NCBI RefSeq assembly: GCF_006345805.1
Contig: NC_042998.1
Location: forward strand, 121,768,001 to 121,832,000
Source of the DNA: Octopus sinensis
Lineage: Eukaryota
Direction of reading: 5' to 3'
DNA: 64,000 nt
Position numbers and translations under genes: made by a program. Positions 1 to 13,000 of the stretch are shown here, one piece after another (the first letter of the stretch is position 1; each line of letters begins with the position of its first letter). The notes under the pieces are model-generated. The model saw nothing but the letters and a program-made list of their open reading frames with translations. It made no database searches and had not been told where the DNA came from.

Positions 1-321
1 AAATATATATATATATAAGACTGAAGTTGTCTGTGTGTGGCAGGTTTGGTAACCTTCTCGTCACATGGTTGACTGTTATTCTCGAAGTGGAGTGTTGTTG
101 TGAGTAATTGTTTAGCGTTGAATATTGTTGAAAATTGTTGAATTTTATTGTTGCTGTTGAACTTTGTGCGTCTGTTTCATAACAGACAAAAATACTGTTG
201 TTCTCCTCCGTAAGGAAGGGAAAAGTGTTACATTTTGTCGCATACATATACACAAAAATATTATAAGTCTGGAAAAAAAAAATGAACAAGGAAAACATGT
301 TGTCTTCTTCAAAATAAATGT

Positions 322-1861
322 ATGCAGTGTAAACACTGTCAGTTTCATCTGTTGAAGGTTCGCCTTCATTTGAATCCATTGAAGGTTCGCCTTCCTTTGA
401 ATTCATTGAAGGTTCGCCTTCTGGATAAAAAAAACGGAAAAAATTTGTTGAAGCAAACCAAAGAAAATTTACCAAAACAAGCAACCAGTTCAGCTAAACA
501 AGCAAGCCACGAAGATTCGTCTTCAAAAGAAACCAAAGCATTCAACTTCGCAGCTGCGGCTGGCTCAAAAACAGAAGTCATAAAAATGGAAAAAAATGAG
601 TACATGAAATTCAAAGACATTTACTCGAGGGAGGGGACCGACGTAAAGGCCACCCTCCCAGACGAAATCAGAAAAAAAAAAACACAAGAGAGAATTATTG
701 TGTATTAGTCCTTTGTGATAAAGGACAAAAAAATAGAGAAAGTAACGAATGAGCAGCCGGAGAAGTGCCTGCAGCCGATTTGGGAAGACATTGAATACGT
801 AACAAGAGGGAAGAAATATGCCACAATAGTAGTATATTTCAAAAACGAATGCAAGGCAAAAATCCACTCTCTAAAGCACATAAAAGCAAATGAAATCATT
901 TTGTTACCAACGTACTTAGGGAGGAGGACCGCCAAACTGAAAATTGAAGAAATCCCGCCGGAAATCGAAGTGGCATGGTTGCTTCCAGCCTTACTGATGG
1001 GGCTGGAAGAAAAAATAAATGTAGAAGTGACAAAGGTTCTGAAACAAAACTGGCGAGGCCAGAGCCTTCAAGTTACTATCCAGGCGGCCCCAGAAACACT
1101 GGAAGAAATTGTTGAGAATATCAACTTTAGTAAAGAAATCATTTTGCGGGTGGTGGTAGAGGGGCGAACATTCTTCAGTGTGGAGAAAAGGGCCACATTC
1201 GAGTGGACTGCCCCACCCGCAAAAAAGAGGAGGAAGAAAAAAGGAAGATGGAAGCGGAGGAGAAGAGGCGAAAGGAGACGGAAGAGAAAAAACAAAAGAA
1301 CGCCGAAGAAGAAAACGATTTCACTCTGGTGAGACAGAGAAAGACTCCGAAAAAGATGAATGAAGATTTAACCCCATCCACCCCAAGCACAAACAAGAAA
1401 AAAAAAATACCAACACAGCAAACACACAGGAAAAAACTACCCCACCCCACCACGGTTCCCCACAAAAAGGAAAAAAGTAATGTCGAACTGGACAACCAAT
1501 CCACCCCTCAGTGCTGAACAATTTCCTCCCCTCCCAGACTCCACCCCACCGTCCACCCCATCACCTCCACAAAGCCCAGGAAAATGTGACTCTTAACATG
1601 GTGTACATAGCCATCAATAAAGAAAATGATAGTTTATTAAAAGACATTAATAGCATGCCATCAGCAATACAGATACAAACACACCGGGTATTACCCAAAC
1701 ATGTAGACATATATAAAATTGATATGTTAAATTTAAATATCATTCGCTCAAAATATAAAGCAGACATCTACGGTCCTCGACACGACTTACATGAGTCGTT
1801 CGAGGATTTAAGTCAGAATTTCACCCCACGAACAGCCGGAAAAACAAAGACGACCGTTTAA
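322..1861 (+). pseudogene. ORF1 (gag-like) of the Tx1/L1 LINE, frameshifted
   Basis: Overlapping ORF pieces 322-708, 715-1332, 1203-1517, 1511-1861. A zinc-knuckle remnant QCGEKGHIRVDCP (~1166-1212) is in the 1203-1517 frame, followed by a K/E-rich tract. Confidence 0.7.
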
Positions 1862-1869
1862 GGTAGGTG

Positions 1870-4800
1870 ATGTCTCGCATTCATGTAGGGTGCATAAATG
1901 TGCGTAGCTTGATGTCGAACTGGAAGCAAGGGCGCTTCCTAAATGATATCAGGTCACGGGATTTAGATGTTGTTGTTGCCACAGAAGCCTGGTTAAAGGG
2001 GCTAAGAGATCTGCTCCCGCTGTTCGACGGTTATGAGAGAATTATCTCTCCGGGCCGTCCGTCCAGCGGAAGTGGGTAGTTGGTCCTATGGAAAAAGAAC
2101 CGGGTTTCTGAGAAAAAGTTGATTTTTTCAGATCCAGAAGGTAGACTGGTCGTCGTTGACTTGACGTTCAGCAGTTGTAAGACAATCAGACTGGTTGCGA
2201 TTTACGCACCCCAAATAACAGCGGGGCAAAGCGAATATTTTCGGAACCTGGAAAAGTTTCTTAGTACATCGCATCCTTTAGCTATACTAGGAGACTTCAA
2301 CACAATTTACAATGTGCTGGTAGACTGTGTAGGCTCGCGACCTGATAGGAAAGGAAATGCTTGCTTCCAGGATCTACTAAGACGTTTCGAGCTGGTAGAT
2401 CCATATAGACTGGAACATCCGAATGCTCCATTGTGGACATGGTCAAACAGCGACGGATCTTCCAGATCGTACATAGATAGAATATTAATTAGAAAAGTAG
2501 ATACAAAAGTAGCTAAGCGTCTGCAGCTTCACATGGTCAGCTACAGTGACCACAAGATGGTCACCTGTAAGCTCGACATAGATAAGTTATATAGAGGTCC
2601 CGGCTATGGGAAACTTGATACGTCCCTTTTGGCGATTAAGGAATACAGAGACCGGATTAAGTTACTGATACAGAGGGTATTGACCGGATCCATTATTAAC
2701 AACAAATGGTGGTATGCCCTCCAGCGAGCCATCAGATATGAGTCTATTAGATATAGTACAGGTCTAGTAGCCAGAGAGGCTAGAAGGGAATCAGCATTAG
2801 TTAAGGACTTAGAGGAAGCAATGCGAACTGGCACTGCAGCTCAGGTGAAGGCCAAGAGACTGGTTTTAAACGAGCACCTCGAAGCCAAACACATGGGTTG
2901 CATTGTCAGGGCTAGACAACGTGCAATGGGGAGCGAAGGAATTAATGCCACGGGATAGGCCCGATGGTGGAAGCCCAACGTGGCAACGATGCTACAATTC
3001 GATCTTCGACGAACCAACAAGGTAAGTTGATAGACGAGCCCGAGGAGATGTGTGAAGCTTTTCAGGACCACTTCGCCCAGCTCTTTTTGGGGAGCGGCGG
3101 ACCAGATAGGAGGAGGGACCTAACGGACTTCCTCGACGGGCTGCCGCGCCTCTCGGAGCGGGAAGCGAAGTGTAGTGAGGAGCTGATCACGCCTGGGGAA
3201 GTAATAGAGGCCATGGATGACTGCGGCGCGGGTAGGGTGCCGGGACAGGATGGTCTACCCTACGAGCTATATAAAAGTATGCTGGACTTGTTAGGGGACT
3301 TACTGGCGAACGTTTACGCGAACTGGCAGCAGAATGGGTTTATTCCCAGATCTGTGCGCCGGAGAGTAGTGACACTAGTCAGGAAGGACCCGGACAAGGG
3401 GGACGTCATTGATAATTTTAGGCCCATCACTCTGCTAAACGCAGAGCTGAAGATTTTGGCCAAAGTGTTATCGAAAAGATTGGCGCGTGTCGCGGATGGA
3501 CTAATCGGGGAGGCACAAACATGTGCCGTACCCGGCAGGTCCATTCAGGATAATCTCCATCTGATTAGATACACCATAGAGGGAATGAATAACGATTCCG
3601 GCAAGAGAGGGGCAGTGGTCCATTTAGACCAATCGAAAGCTTTTGATAGGGTCGACCATCATTACTTGGTGTCCGTTCTGGCACAGTTTGGACTAGGTCT
3701 TGGCTTCCTCAGGTGGATCATTGAAATGTATGACAACGTCGACTCGGTAGTTCGGGTGAACGGCTTTCTGTCTAAGCCGTTCTGTGTCAAATGCTCGGTT
3801 CGTCAAGGGTGTCCGCTCTCCCCGCTTTTGTATGTAGTGGCTCTTGAGCCATTGCTACGAAAACTGGGCGGCATCCCGAGACAACCAGGTTGTGGAATGT
3901 CGGTTTCAGCTTACGCGGATGACATCACTATCATCGTGACCGAAGTGGACCTCCTACGTAAAGTAGGCAAGGCCATAGAGGCTTACGAGACGGTGGTAGG
4001 AGCAAAAGTTAATCGCAAAAAGTCTGTCGGCTTGCAACTCGGCACCTGGAGAGGTAAGTCGATGCCTCCAGACAGCGTCGTGGGACGTTGGACGGAGGGT
4101 CCGATTAAGTTGCTCGGGGTTTGGTTCGGACCAGACCTCCAAATAGAGAAGAACTGGAACGAGGTAATGAGCAGGGTGACCCACGCAGTCAAGACCTGGT
4201 CTTTGAAGTGGTTATCCCTGAAAGGTAGGGCGGAGGTAGCCAATGTGTTTATTGCATCGGTGATCCCCTACCGCCTTGCCGTCGTGCCTTGTCCGGATTC
4301 GTGGTTAACCAAGCTGGAAAGACAGCTCTTCCGCTTCCTGTGGAAGAGCTCGAAACCGCTTGTGAAACGCTCTGTTTGTTGTCAACGACCGTTAAAGGGT
4401 GGACTAGGGATGCCGTGGCTAATGATGCGCAGAAATGCGCTGAGGTTAAGGGATATGTGGCTCTACCTGGATGGTGAACGGGTGTGGTCTCCAATGGCGA
4501 AACAGATGTTTCCCAGGTTCACCAGTTTCGGTGGACGGGAAGCCTGGTATAATCGTAGATCGAAGTTGGGCACGTGGTTGGGCAATGCCTGCGGCAGTGG
4601 TTCTACCGCTGTTTTCTATAGAGGGTTTGTAGAGGCCGGTGGCGATGATACATTAGGGGAGACCCTAAGTTTCGACGATAATCAGCTGGCCAGACTGTTC
4701 CAACGTACATTCGAGCCGAGGACTATGGATAATTTTCAGAAGTCCTTGGCATGGCAGTGTTACCGAGGTGCCTTACCTGTTCGGGATAAACTCTCAAGGC

Positions 4801-5186
4801 ATGGTGGCCACGACACCCCGATCTGTCCAAGATGTGGGCGAGACAGGGAAACCGTCTCGCACGCGATTGTGCAGTGTCCGATTGTGCAACAACTATTGTC
4901 AGGTGGAGGAAGAGCATAGCTATCGACTGAATCCATTGTGAAAATTGACCCGCCGGATTTCTTAACGAAAGAAGGTAAGAATTGTTTTCTCTCTGTGGTA
5001 GCAGTCACGAAACAGGTAGTATGGAAGACAAGGATGAGAGGGTTGATGTCAGGACACTTCATTTTTGGTCCTGGTTTAGTGGAATTTTTTATATTCCACC
5101 TAAAGAGACAAATAGGGCTGGAGAGGAGGTGCCTGAGTAAGAAAGTGTTTGATGAAAGAATGTCGTGTATAAAAGGTCTCTCGTAG
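1870..5186 (+). pseudogene. ORF2 (APE endonuclease, reverse transcriptase, CCHC finger) of the Tx1/L1 LINE
   Basis: ORF pieces 1867-2079, 2080-2958, 2964-4919, 4938-5186. TAG stops at 2077-2079 and 2956-2958, a frameshift near 2960 and a further break near 4920. Confidence 0.92.
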
Positions 5187-5758
5187 GTGCAAGATAAACC
5201 CAAAACCCGAGGTCAGTGAGAGGCGGGGTTTGTGGGGTCCGTAAACCCGCCCCACTCTAATTGTTTAAAAAAATGTCCATTGTGTTGTTTATTCATTCGT
5301 TTTATATAAAATCATGTTAAATTTTTATCGACCCCAAATTACGCTTTATATATAAAATCATCCGTGATTGTATCGTCCATTCTATGCATGTCCTTATGGA
5401 TAATAAAAGATCATGGTTTGATAGCCTTTAACTAACACTATCTCCTCCAAGACCCTGTGGCGCAAGTTGACCAAAATTGAAAGTATGATAGAAGAAAGCT
5501 TGCTCTTCATTCTGTAGAAGAAAAAATTCAAATCGAAGCATGTTAGGACAAAAAATTATTTACATAAAAAAGGTGCTTTTTTTTCTATGGAAATCTGTAT
5601 TTTTTATGATTTTTTGACTGCTGTGTTACCATTTTTCGGTGTATTTAAACCAGTAAAATGTTCACTTAAAGAGAATAACAAGCTACATAATGCAAAATTT
5701 TTAATTTTCAAAAATTCCATTCTAAAGGGTCAAAACCGAGCAATGCCGGACGATACTG

Positions 5759-5761
<3 letters not shown>

Positions 5762-5827
<66 letters not shown>

Positions 5828-5846
5828 TCATCATCATCATCATCAT
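5762..5846. repeat. (TA)n then (CAT)n microsatellite
   Basis: Directly visible. The (CAT)n is the tail of the adjacent SINE. Confidence 0.95.
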
Positions 5847-6162
5847 CGTTTAACGTCCGCTTTCCATGCTAGCATGGGTTGGACGGTTCAACTGGGGTCT
5901 GGCAAGCCCGAAGGCTGCACCAGGCCAGTCAGATCTGGCAGTGTTTCTACAGCTGGATGCCCTTCCTAACGCCAACCACTCCGAGAGTGTAGTGGGTGAT
6001 TTTATGTGCCACCGACACAGGTGCCAGACGAGGCTGGCAGACGGCCACGCTCGGATGGTGTTTTCTTATGTGTCACCGACACAGGTGCCAGACGAGGCTG
6101 GCGGACGGCCACGCTTGGATGGTGTTTGTTACGTGCCCTCAGCACGGAGGCCAGTCGTTGCG
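5826..6162 (-). mobile_element. 5'-truncated SINE-like element with RTE-type tail ((ATG)n) and two internal 63-bp repeats
   Basis: Minus strand ends CCGTCCAACCCATGCTAGCATGGAAAGCGGACGTTAAACGATGATGATG. Near-identical to 13613-14047. Confidence 0.75.
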
Positions 6163-6195
6163 ATATATATATATATATATATATGTGTATGTATG

Positions 6196-9100
6196 AAGGA
6201 AAAAAGATGTTCAGAATGCTGGATGGTTGTAAAAATATATATTTATATATCATATATTATTACTTCATATTAGCTCTTTCAATTACTCCTGTAGTTTCAT
6301 CAGAAATGTCAGTTTAAAAATTTTTGCCTGTATTTATATTATTGGTAAATGAAATGGGGAGAGAGAGAGAGAGTGTGTGTGTATATAATGTAGAATAGAG
6401 GGAGGAAGAAGGTGAAAGAGAGAGAGGGAGTGATAGGGAGATAGAGGGATGGAGAAGGTGAAAGAGAGAGAATATGGGGAGGTGTTTTAAAACTGTATTT
6501 TTTTCTTTTTTGGGTCTTTTTTGTATTTTTTGGATGACCCTTGTAAGAAATGGAAAGAGAGAAGGAAAAAGAGGGTTTGAGAGGGTTTGTTTTTCAATAG
6601 TAGGTGTGTTGATATGTACACCCACACATATTTCCCTACATATAAACATATATATACATATCTATCAACATACACTCACATATATATACACATATGGAGG
6701 AACCATACATGTACTGCGTGAGCTTGAAAATGAGAAGGAAAGAAAGGGAAAAATAAAATATAAAAATAAAAATATGAAGAAAATGTGTCCATTCTTCACT
6801 TGGCGCTCCCTTGGGTGTCTAAAAGAACAGGTGGTTGACCATTCAATGTTTGATATACATATATATACACCTAATCACATATGTGTACATACACACATAT
6901 AAACGCACACACACCCACAAACCTACATACACAAATATGCATGCATATATATACATACATGTACATATATATGTACGCACACATATATACACACATACAC
7001 ATGCATATCCACACATATATGCATATACATACATATATCAACATATATATATAAAATATATCAAACTTGTCTGTACATATATATACACGTCCATATGCAT
7101 ATAAGCATTTATAATCACATACATAGTCAGAAGTTTAAGATGCATAATTGTATATATATAAGAAAAGAAAAGGGAAAATTCTTTCATTTCTATATAAAGA
7201 TATAGAAAGAGGTTTTTTTCTTTTTTTGTGTGTATCACATCATCATTGACTTTTTTACTACTTTTACTTTTATTAGCCATTCAATTTTGGGCTAAATTTT
7301 TCTATGAAATGCAATTCCATAGCTTTACGGTATTCCGGGTCATTGCGTGAGCATTTGTAGAATGGAATAATTTTAAATTTTCCATTTCCGCATACTTCTA
7401 GGTGTTTGCTTAATGGTATCTTGTGTAACACTTCCTGATTTATATGCTGTCTATGTATTCTTGTGCGTTGGCAGAGAGAGTTGTTCGTTTTGCCAATATA
7501 GTTTTCCTTGCAGTTTGGGCAAGTAATGCAATATATGAGGTTTTGCGTTTTGCAAGTCATATTAGCATTGATCTTAAAGAGAGGGCCATTTAAAAAATTT
7601 TAAGTGGGAACCACATTGTAGGTATTTGTAGTTATTCTCGTTGTTGCATGTTTCGCAACTTTTGTCTCCACATTTTGTTACTGAGATTTCTGGTCCCTTC
7701 TCCGATCTGAATTCTGCCCTTGTAAGGTGCTTTTTAAGGTTTTTCGGTTGGTGTTTGCTGTTGAGTAGGATTTTTTTGTTCATCAGGTTCCTCATTTTAG
7801 GGCTTTGTAGAAGGAAGGGCATGTTTGATTTTATAGCCTGGAAAATATTTGTTATGCCAGGACTGTGTGTGGAGACGAATGGTATTGTCTGTTTATTGGT
7901 TTTTTCTTTTGGTGTTCTTAATTCGGTGATGTTGAGTTTCAATGCCTTTTTAAAAACTTTCTTTATCAAACCTGAACGGTATTTTTGTATTTCGAGGAAG
8001 TCCTGGAGTCGTCGAGTCTAGTTGTTCATGTTGCAGTGTCTGTAACTATAGTGTATATGCGTCTTGCCATGCAGTAGGGTTTATTTCTTTTAATGTGTGA
8101 TGGGTAGCAAGAGTCACAGTTGAGATAGTGATGTGTGTCTGTTTTTTTGTAATAAATGTCTGTAGTTACTCTGCAATTTTTTATTTTTATGAGAATGTCC
8201 AGGAATGGTAATTCATTAAAGTTGGATTCTGTGGTAAATTGTATGGCTGGGTGCAATTTGTTAAGTATCTCTTTAAAGGTGTTTAGGTCCGTGTCTGATT
8301 TTTCCCAAAAGACGAAGCAATCATCAAGAAATCGGTTCCATTGTTTCATGATGTATATCTTGAATTCCTGGTCAAAGGTTTTTTCTACTTCTTTGTAGAG
8401 TTTTTCTTCCAGGAACCCCATGATCAGGTTAGCATATGAAGGTGCAAAGCACGTACCCATAGCTGTGCCCTTTATTTGTTTCTATGTTTTGTGGTTAAAT
8501 TTAAATGTGTTTTCCTCAGAACTATGCGTGTGGGTTTGATGATGAGATCCGTCTTAAAACGTTCATCTATTTTATCTCTATGTCTTGTCACCCAGTATTC
8601 CACTGCTTCCAGACCTAGAGTGTGGGGAATGTTGGTGTATAGGTTGGCGACATAGAAACTTGTGAGTATGGTACCTTCTGGGACTATGTCCGGGATATGT
8701 TGTAGGAAATCGATGCCATCTCTGTACATAGCTTGGTAGGAGGGGGCATAGAGGTTTAAGTATGATGTCTAAAAAGTGGCTAATTTGTTGGGCTGGTGCT
8801 TGTGGGCCTGCCACTATTGGCCTTAGTTTCAGGTCTGTAGGTCTTGGTATTCGTATATATTTGCTTTTTTGTTCGTTAATGGCATTTTGTATTGCCGAGC
8901 TTTTGTGGATTTTCGGTAAGCCATAGAAGTTGCTCTCTTTGGTTTGAGAGTAGCATTTATATTCCTTCTCTTTTTCTGTGAAAGAGTCTCGGTATTCTTC
9001 GATCAGTTTTCTGATTTTTGATTTTGTTCTCTTTTCTGGGTGCCCTGGTTCTTCCTTGTAGCATGTTTCGTCTGTTAGCATTTCCAGAATTTTGTCTTTA

Positions 9101-9568
9101 TAGAAATCCTTATCCATGATTACTATTGCTCCACCCTTATCTGCTTCTTTTAAGATTATCGAGTTGTCATTTTTTAGTGTTTGAAGTGCTTGTTTTTCTT
9201 CTGTAGAAAGGTCTTGTTTGTATTTTTGTGACTTCAGAGGAAATTTGGAGATTGTTTCAATATATGTATCCAGATAATTGTCACTTCCCTTGTAGGGGGT
9301 GAAGTAGGATTTCTTTATGACTATCGATTCATCCTCAAAATCTTTATTTCCTAAGAATTCTAGAAGTCGCAGGCGACAGCTAAAGTGTTCCACATCTGAT
9401 TTCAGTTCGATCAAATTAGGTGTGGGTGTAGGGGTAAATTTAAAACCCCTTAGTAATAGCGTCATTTCATTCTTATTTATATTTCTATTTGATAAATTTT
9501 TTATTTTGGGGTCTGTGTGTTTGTTTAGAGTCTGTATTTTATTGGGTCCGGTGGGTGATTTCGGAAGT
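6196..9568 (-). mobile_element. Penelope-like element family 1, inverted 5'-truncated arm (block 1 left, B1L)
   Basis: Minus-strand ORF fragments with ADKGG, FYGLPKIHK, MGTCFAPSYANL, RFLDDCF, FLDI, linker CGDKSCETC and GIY-YIG NLIYCITCPNCKENYIG..RIH..H..H. Reverse complement of ~10950-13610. Confidence 0.93.
6265..6309 (-). ncRNA. Minimal type I hammerhead ribozyme, decayed copy
   Basis: Minus strand: ACATTT-CTGATGA-AACTAC-AGGA-GTAATT-GAAA-GAGC-TA-ATATG. One stem II mismatch, and stem III is not self-complementary. Confidence 0.6.
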
Positions 9569-9581
9569 ACACAACCTCAGA

Positions 9582-10067
9582 ATGGATAGATTAGATTCAA
9601 ACCCACGACTAGAAAATTCCAGCAATACAGGAAACCTCATCGAAAGAAGCGAAACAGAATACTCACAACAGACAGATCTCCTCACACAAATTTGCAGAAT
9701 ATGCAACATTGGAATAAATAACATGGAATCTACAGAAGATCTCCATACAGAAATCTACAACTCCAGAATGAACGAAGCACAAATGAATTCACAACCGAAA
9801 GATACGAAAAACGCAGAAAAACTTCTAACAGAAATATCCCCAAAACTAAACTTGATCATCCTAAAACTGGACGCAATACTCCACAACACAAAAAATTCTG
9901 AAAATGATCTCCAGAAGAATAACACTGAGAATGCTCAATCAACTGAATCAAATAAAAAGAAACCAACTAAAAGTGAAACCCAAGAACAAAACCCCCTGAA
10001 ACCGAACCTCTGGAAAAAAACTCCTAAACCAACGAAAACATGCTTACTGGAAAAGCTCCCGCTGTGA
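9582..10067 (+). CDS. N-terminal segment or upstream ORF of PLE family 1 (161 aa, possible coiled coil)
   Basis: ATG 13 nt after the inversion junction. MDRLDSNPRLE...KLNLIILKLDAILHNTK. A decayed homolog lies at ~30037-30520. Confidence 0.4.
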   Translation: MDRLDSNPRLENSSNTGNLIERSETEYSQQTDLLTQICRICNIGINNMESTEDLHTEIYNSRMNEAQMNSQPKDTKNAEKLLTEISPKLNLIILKLDAILHNTKNSENDLQKNNTENAQSTESNKKKPTKSETQEQNPLKPNLWKKTPKPTKTCLLEKLPL

Positions 10068-13000
10068 AAACATAGCAAATATTTACCAAAATTGGTGAAG
10101 CAAAGCCGAACCAATCCTACCCAGGAAATTCCTGATCAAAGAAATACAGGGCGAACCTTTAGAAGAAAAACAGATATGCGCAAACCGCCTAGAAACAGAA
10201 ATTTCCCTCCTCGAATCTCGAAAAACACGATACGAGGAGAAAACTAAAACAATAGACACCATCATTACAGAGCGAAGTGATAAACAATGCCATGAAAAAT
10301 TGAGAAACCTATGGAAGAGAGATACAGACATAGAAGAAGCAAGATCCAGAAAAATATGGGAGAAGCATCAAGAATAGTTTACAACCTGTGAAAAGAATTA
10401 TGGAGACAAATCAACCATGAAAACAAAAACGCGACTACACCACCAAAAACAACAAAATATAAGAAAATGGTATACAAACTCAAACTACGAACACAACAGA
10501 ACCAGAAAAAGCTACCAAAATGTATATCTCTCAACTCTATATACGGGAAAAGCAGAAACACCTCACCAAGTGAGGTCAAGGAACTCACACTTTCCAATCA
10601 CCCATGACCACAATTACACTGACTGGAGAAATCAAAAAGGACACCAAAGAAAACTGACATACAAAGAACCAGCTACCCACAACACCAAAAACACTGGATG
10701 GACCCACCAAAGAAATGAAGAAACATTCAACTACAGAAACCAAAACAGTCCACATAGAAAACCAAGAAATTCTATGCACCCCAAAAGACCCATAACCTAT
10801 GACATGTGGGAGGATTACAGAACCGAATACCAAAGACTCCCATACAGTCGATTTGAACCAACACCTCCACCACCATATGGAAAACAAATTCCCGAACCTG
10901 GAAGACGGCGAGAAAACAACACACCTTTTTCAGGGAAAAACTTCCGAAACCACCCACCGGACTCAATAAAATACACAGAACACACATACCCCAAAATCAA
11001 AAATCAGAAAACTGATTGAAGAATACTGAGACTCTTTCACAGAAAAAGAGAAAGAATATATATGCTACTCTCAAACCAAAGAGAGCCTCGGCAATACCAA
11101 ATGCCATTAATGAACAAAAAAGCAAATATATACGAATACCAAGACCTACAGACCTGAAACTAAGGCCAATAGTGGCAGGTCCACAAGCACCGACCGAACA
11201 AATTAGCCACTTTTTGGACATCATACTTAAACCTCTATGCCCCCTCCTACCAAGCTATGTAAGAGATGGCATCGATTTCCTACAACATATCCCAGAAGAT
11301 ACCATACTCACAAGTTTCGATGTCACCAACCTATACACCAACATTCCCCACACTAGGTCAGGAAGCAGTGGAATACTGGGTGACAAGACATAGAGATAAA
11401 ATAGATGAACGTTTTAAGACGGATCTCATCACCAAAGCCACACACATAGTTCTGGAGGAAAACACATTTAAATTTAACCACAAAACATAGAAACAAATAA
11501 AGGGCACAGCTATGGGTATGTGCTTTGCACCTTCATATGCTAACCTGGGGTTCCTGGAAGAAAAACTCTACAAAGATGTAGAAAAAACCTTTGACCAGGA
11601 ATTCAAGCTATACATCATGAAACAATGGAACCGATTTCTTGATGATTGCTTCATCTTTTGGGAAAAATCAGACATGGACCTAAACACCTTTAAAGAGATA
11701 TTTAACAAATTGCACCCAGCCATACAATTTACCACAGAATCCAACTTTAATGAATTACCATTCCTAGACATTCTCATAAAAATAAAAAAATTGCAGAGTA
11801 ACTACAGACATTTATTACAAAAAAACAGACACACATCACTATCTCAACTGTGACTCTTGCTACCCATCACACATTAAAAGAAATATACCCTACTGCATGG
11901 CAAGACGCATATACACTATAGTTACAGACACTGCAACACGAAAAACTAGACTTGACGAACTTCAGGACTTCCTCGAAATATAAAAATACCGTTCAGGTTT
12001 GATAAAGAAAGCTTTTAAAAAGGCATTGAATTACCGAATTAAGAACACCAAAAGAAAAAAAACAATAAACAGACAATACTATTCGTCTCCACACACAGTC
12101 CTGGCATAACAAATATTTTCCAGGCTATAAAATCAAACTTGCCCATCCTTCTACAAAGCCCTAAAATGAGGAACCTGATGAACAAAAAAATCCTACTCAA
12201 CAGCAAACACCAACCGAGAAACCTTAAAAGAAGGGCAGAATTCAGATCGGAGAAGGGACCAGAATTCTCAGTAACAGAATGTGGAGACAAAAGTTGCGGA
12301 ACATGCAACAACGAGATTAATTACAAATACCTACAATGTGGTTCCCACTTAAAATTTTTAAAATGTCCCTCTCTTTAAGATCAATGCTAATATGACTTGC
12401 AAAACGCAAAACCTCATATATTGCATTACTTGCCCAAACTGCAAGGAAAACTATATTGGCAAAACGAACAACTCTTTCTGCCAACGCACCAGAATACATA
12501 GGCAGCATATAAAACAGGAAGTGTTACGCAAGATACCATTAAGCAATCACCTAGAAGTATACGGAAATGGAAAATTTAAAATTATTCCATTCTACAAATG
12601 CTCACGCAATGACCCGGAATACTGTAAAGCTATGGAACTGCACTTCATAGAAAAATTTAGCCCAAAATTGAATGGCTAAAAAAAGTAAAAGTAGTAAAAA
12701 AGTCAATGATGATGTGATACACACAAAAAAAAGAAAAAAAACCCTTTCTATATCTTTATATAGAAATGAGAGAATTCTCCCTTTTCTTATATATACAATT
12801 ATTCATCGTAAACTTCTGACTATGTATGTGATTATAAATGCTTATATGCATATGGACGTGTATATATATGTACATATATGTGCGTGTGTGTGTATGTACA
12901 TGTATGTATGTATATTTGTATATGTAAGTGTGTGTATGTACACATATTGATATGTGTTTAGGTGTATATATATGTATATCAAACACTGAATGGTCAATCA

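Larger units (their letters stand above)
57..5414 (+). mobile_element. Full-length, degenerate Tx1/L1-clade non-LTR retrotransposon (ORF1 + APE-RT-CCHC ORF2)
   Basis: APE motifs (CINVRSL, AIYAP, LGDFN, SYIDRIL, SDHKMV), RT motifs (FRPITLLN, LDQSKAFDRVDH, VRQGCPLSP, YADD) and a C-terminal CPRC..ETVSHAIVQC finger. Flanked by a 14-bp direct repeat GGTTTGGTAACCTT (43-56) / GGTTTGATAGCCTT (5415-5428) with 2 mismatches, read as the TSD. Confidence 0.92.
11..5760. mobile_element. Small non-autonomous element (possibly Helitron-like) split by the LINE: pieces ~11-56 and ~5415-5760
   Basis: Both outer ends abut (TA)n tracts. The pieces join across the TSD into one ~390-bp unit ending GCAATGCCGG..CTGCTAA (CTRR-like). 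The class assignment is an inference. Confidence 0.4.

Noticed and set aside
565-5203. Antisense ORFs over the LINEs and PLEs as extra genes
   Set aside because: Shadow ORFs expected opposite long coding regions; no motifs.
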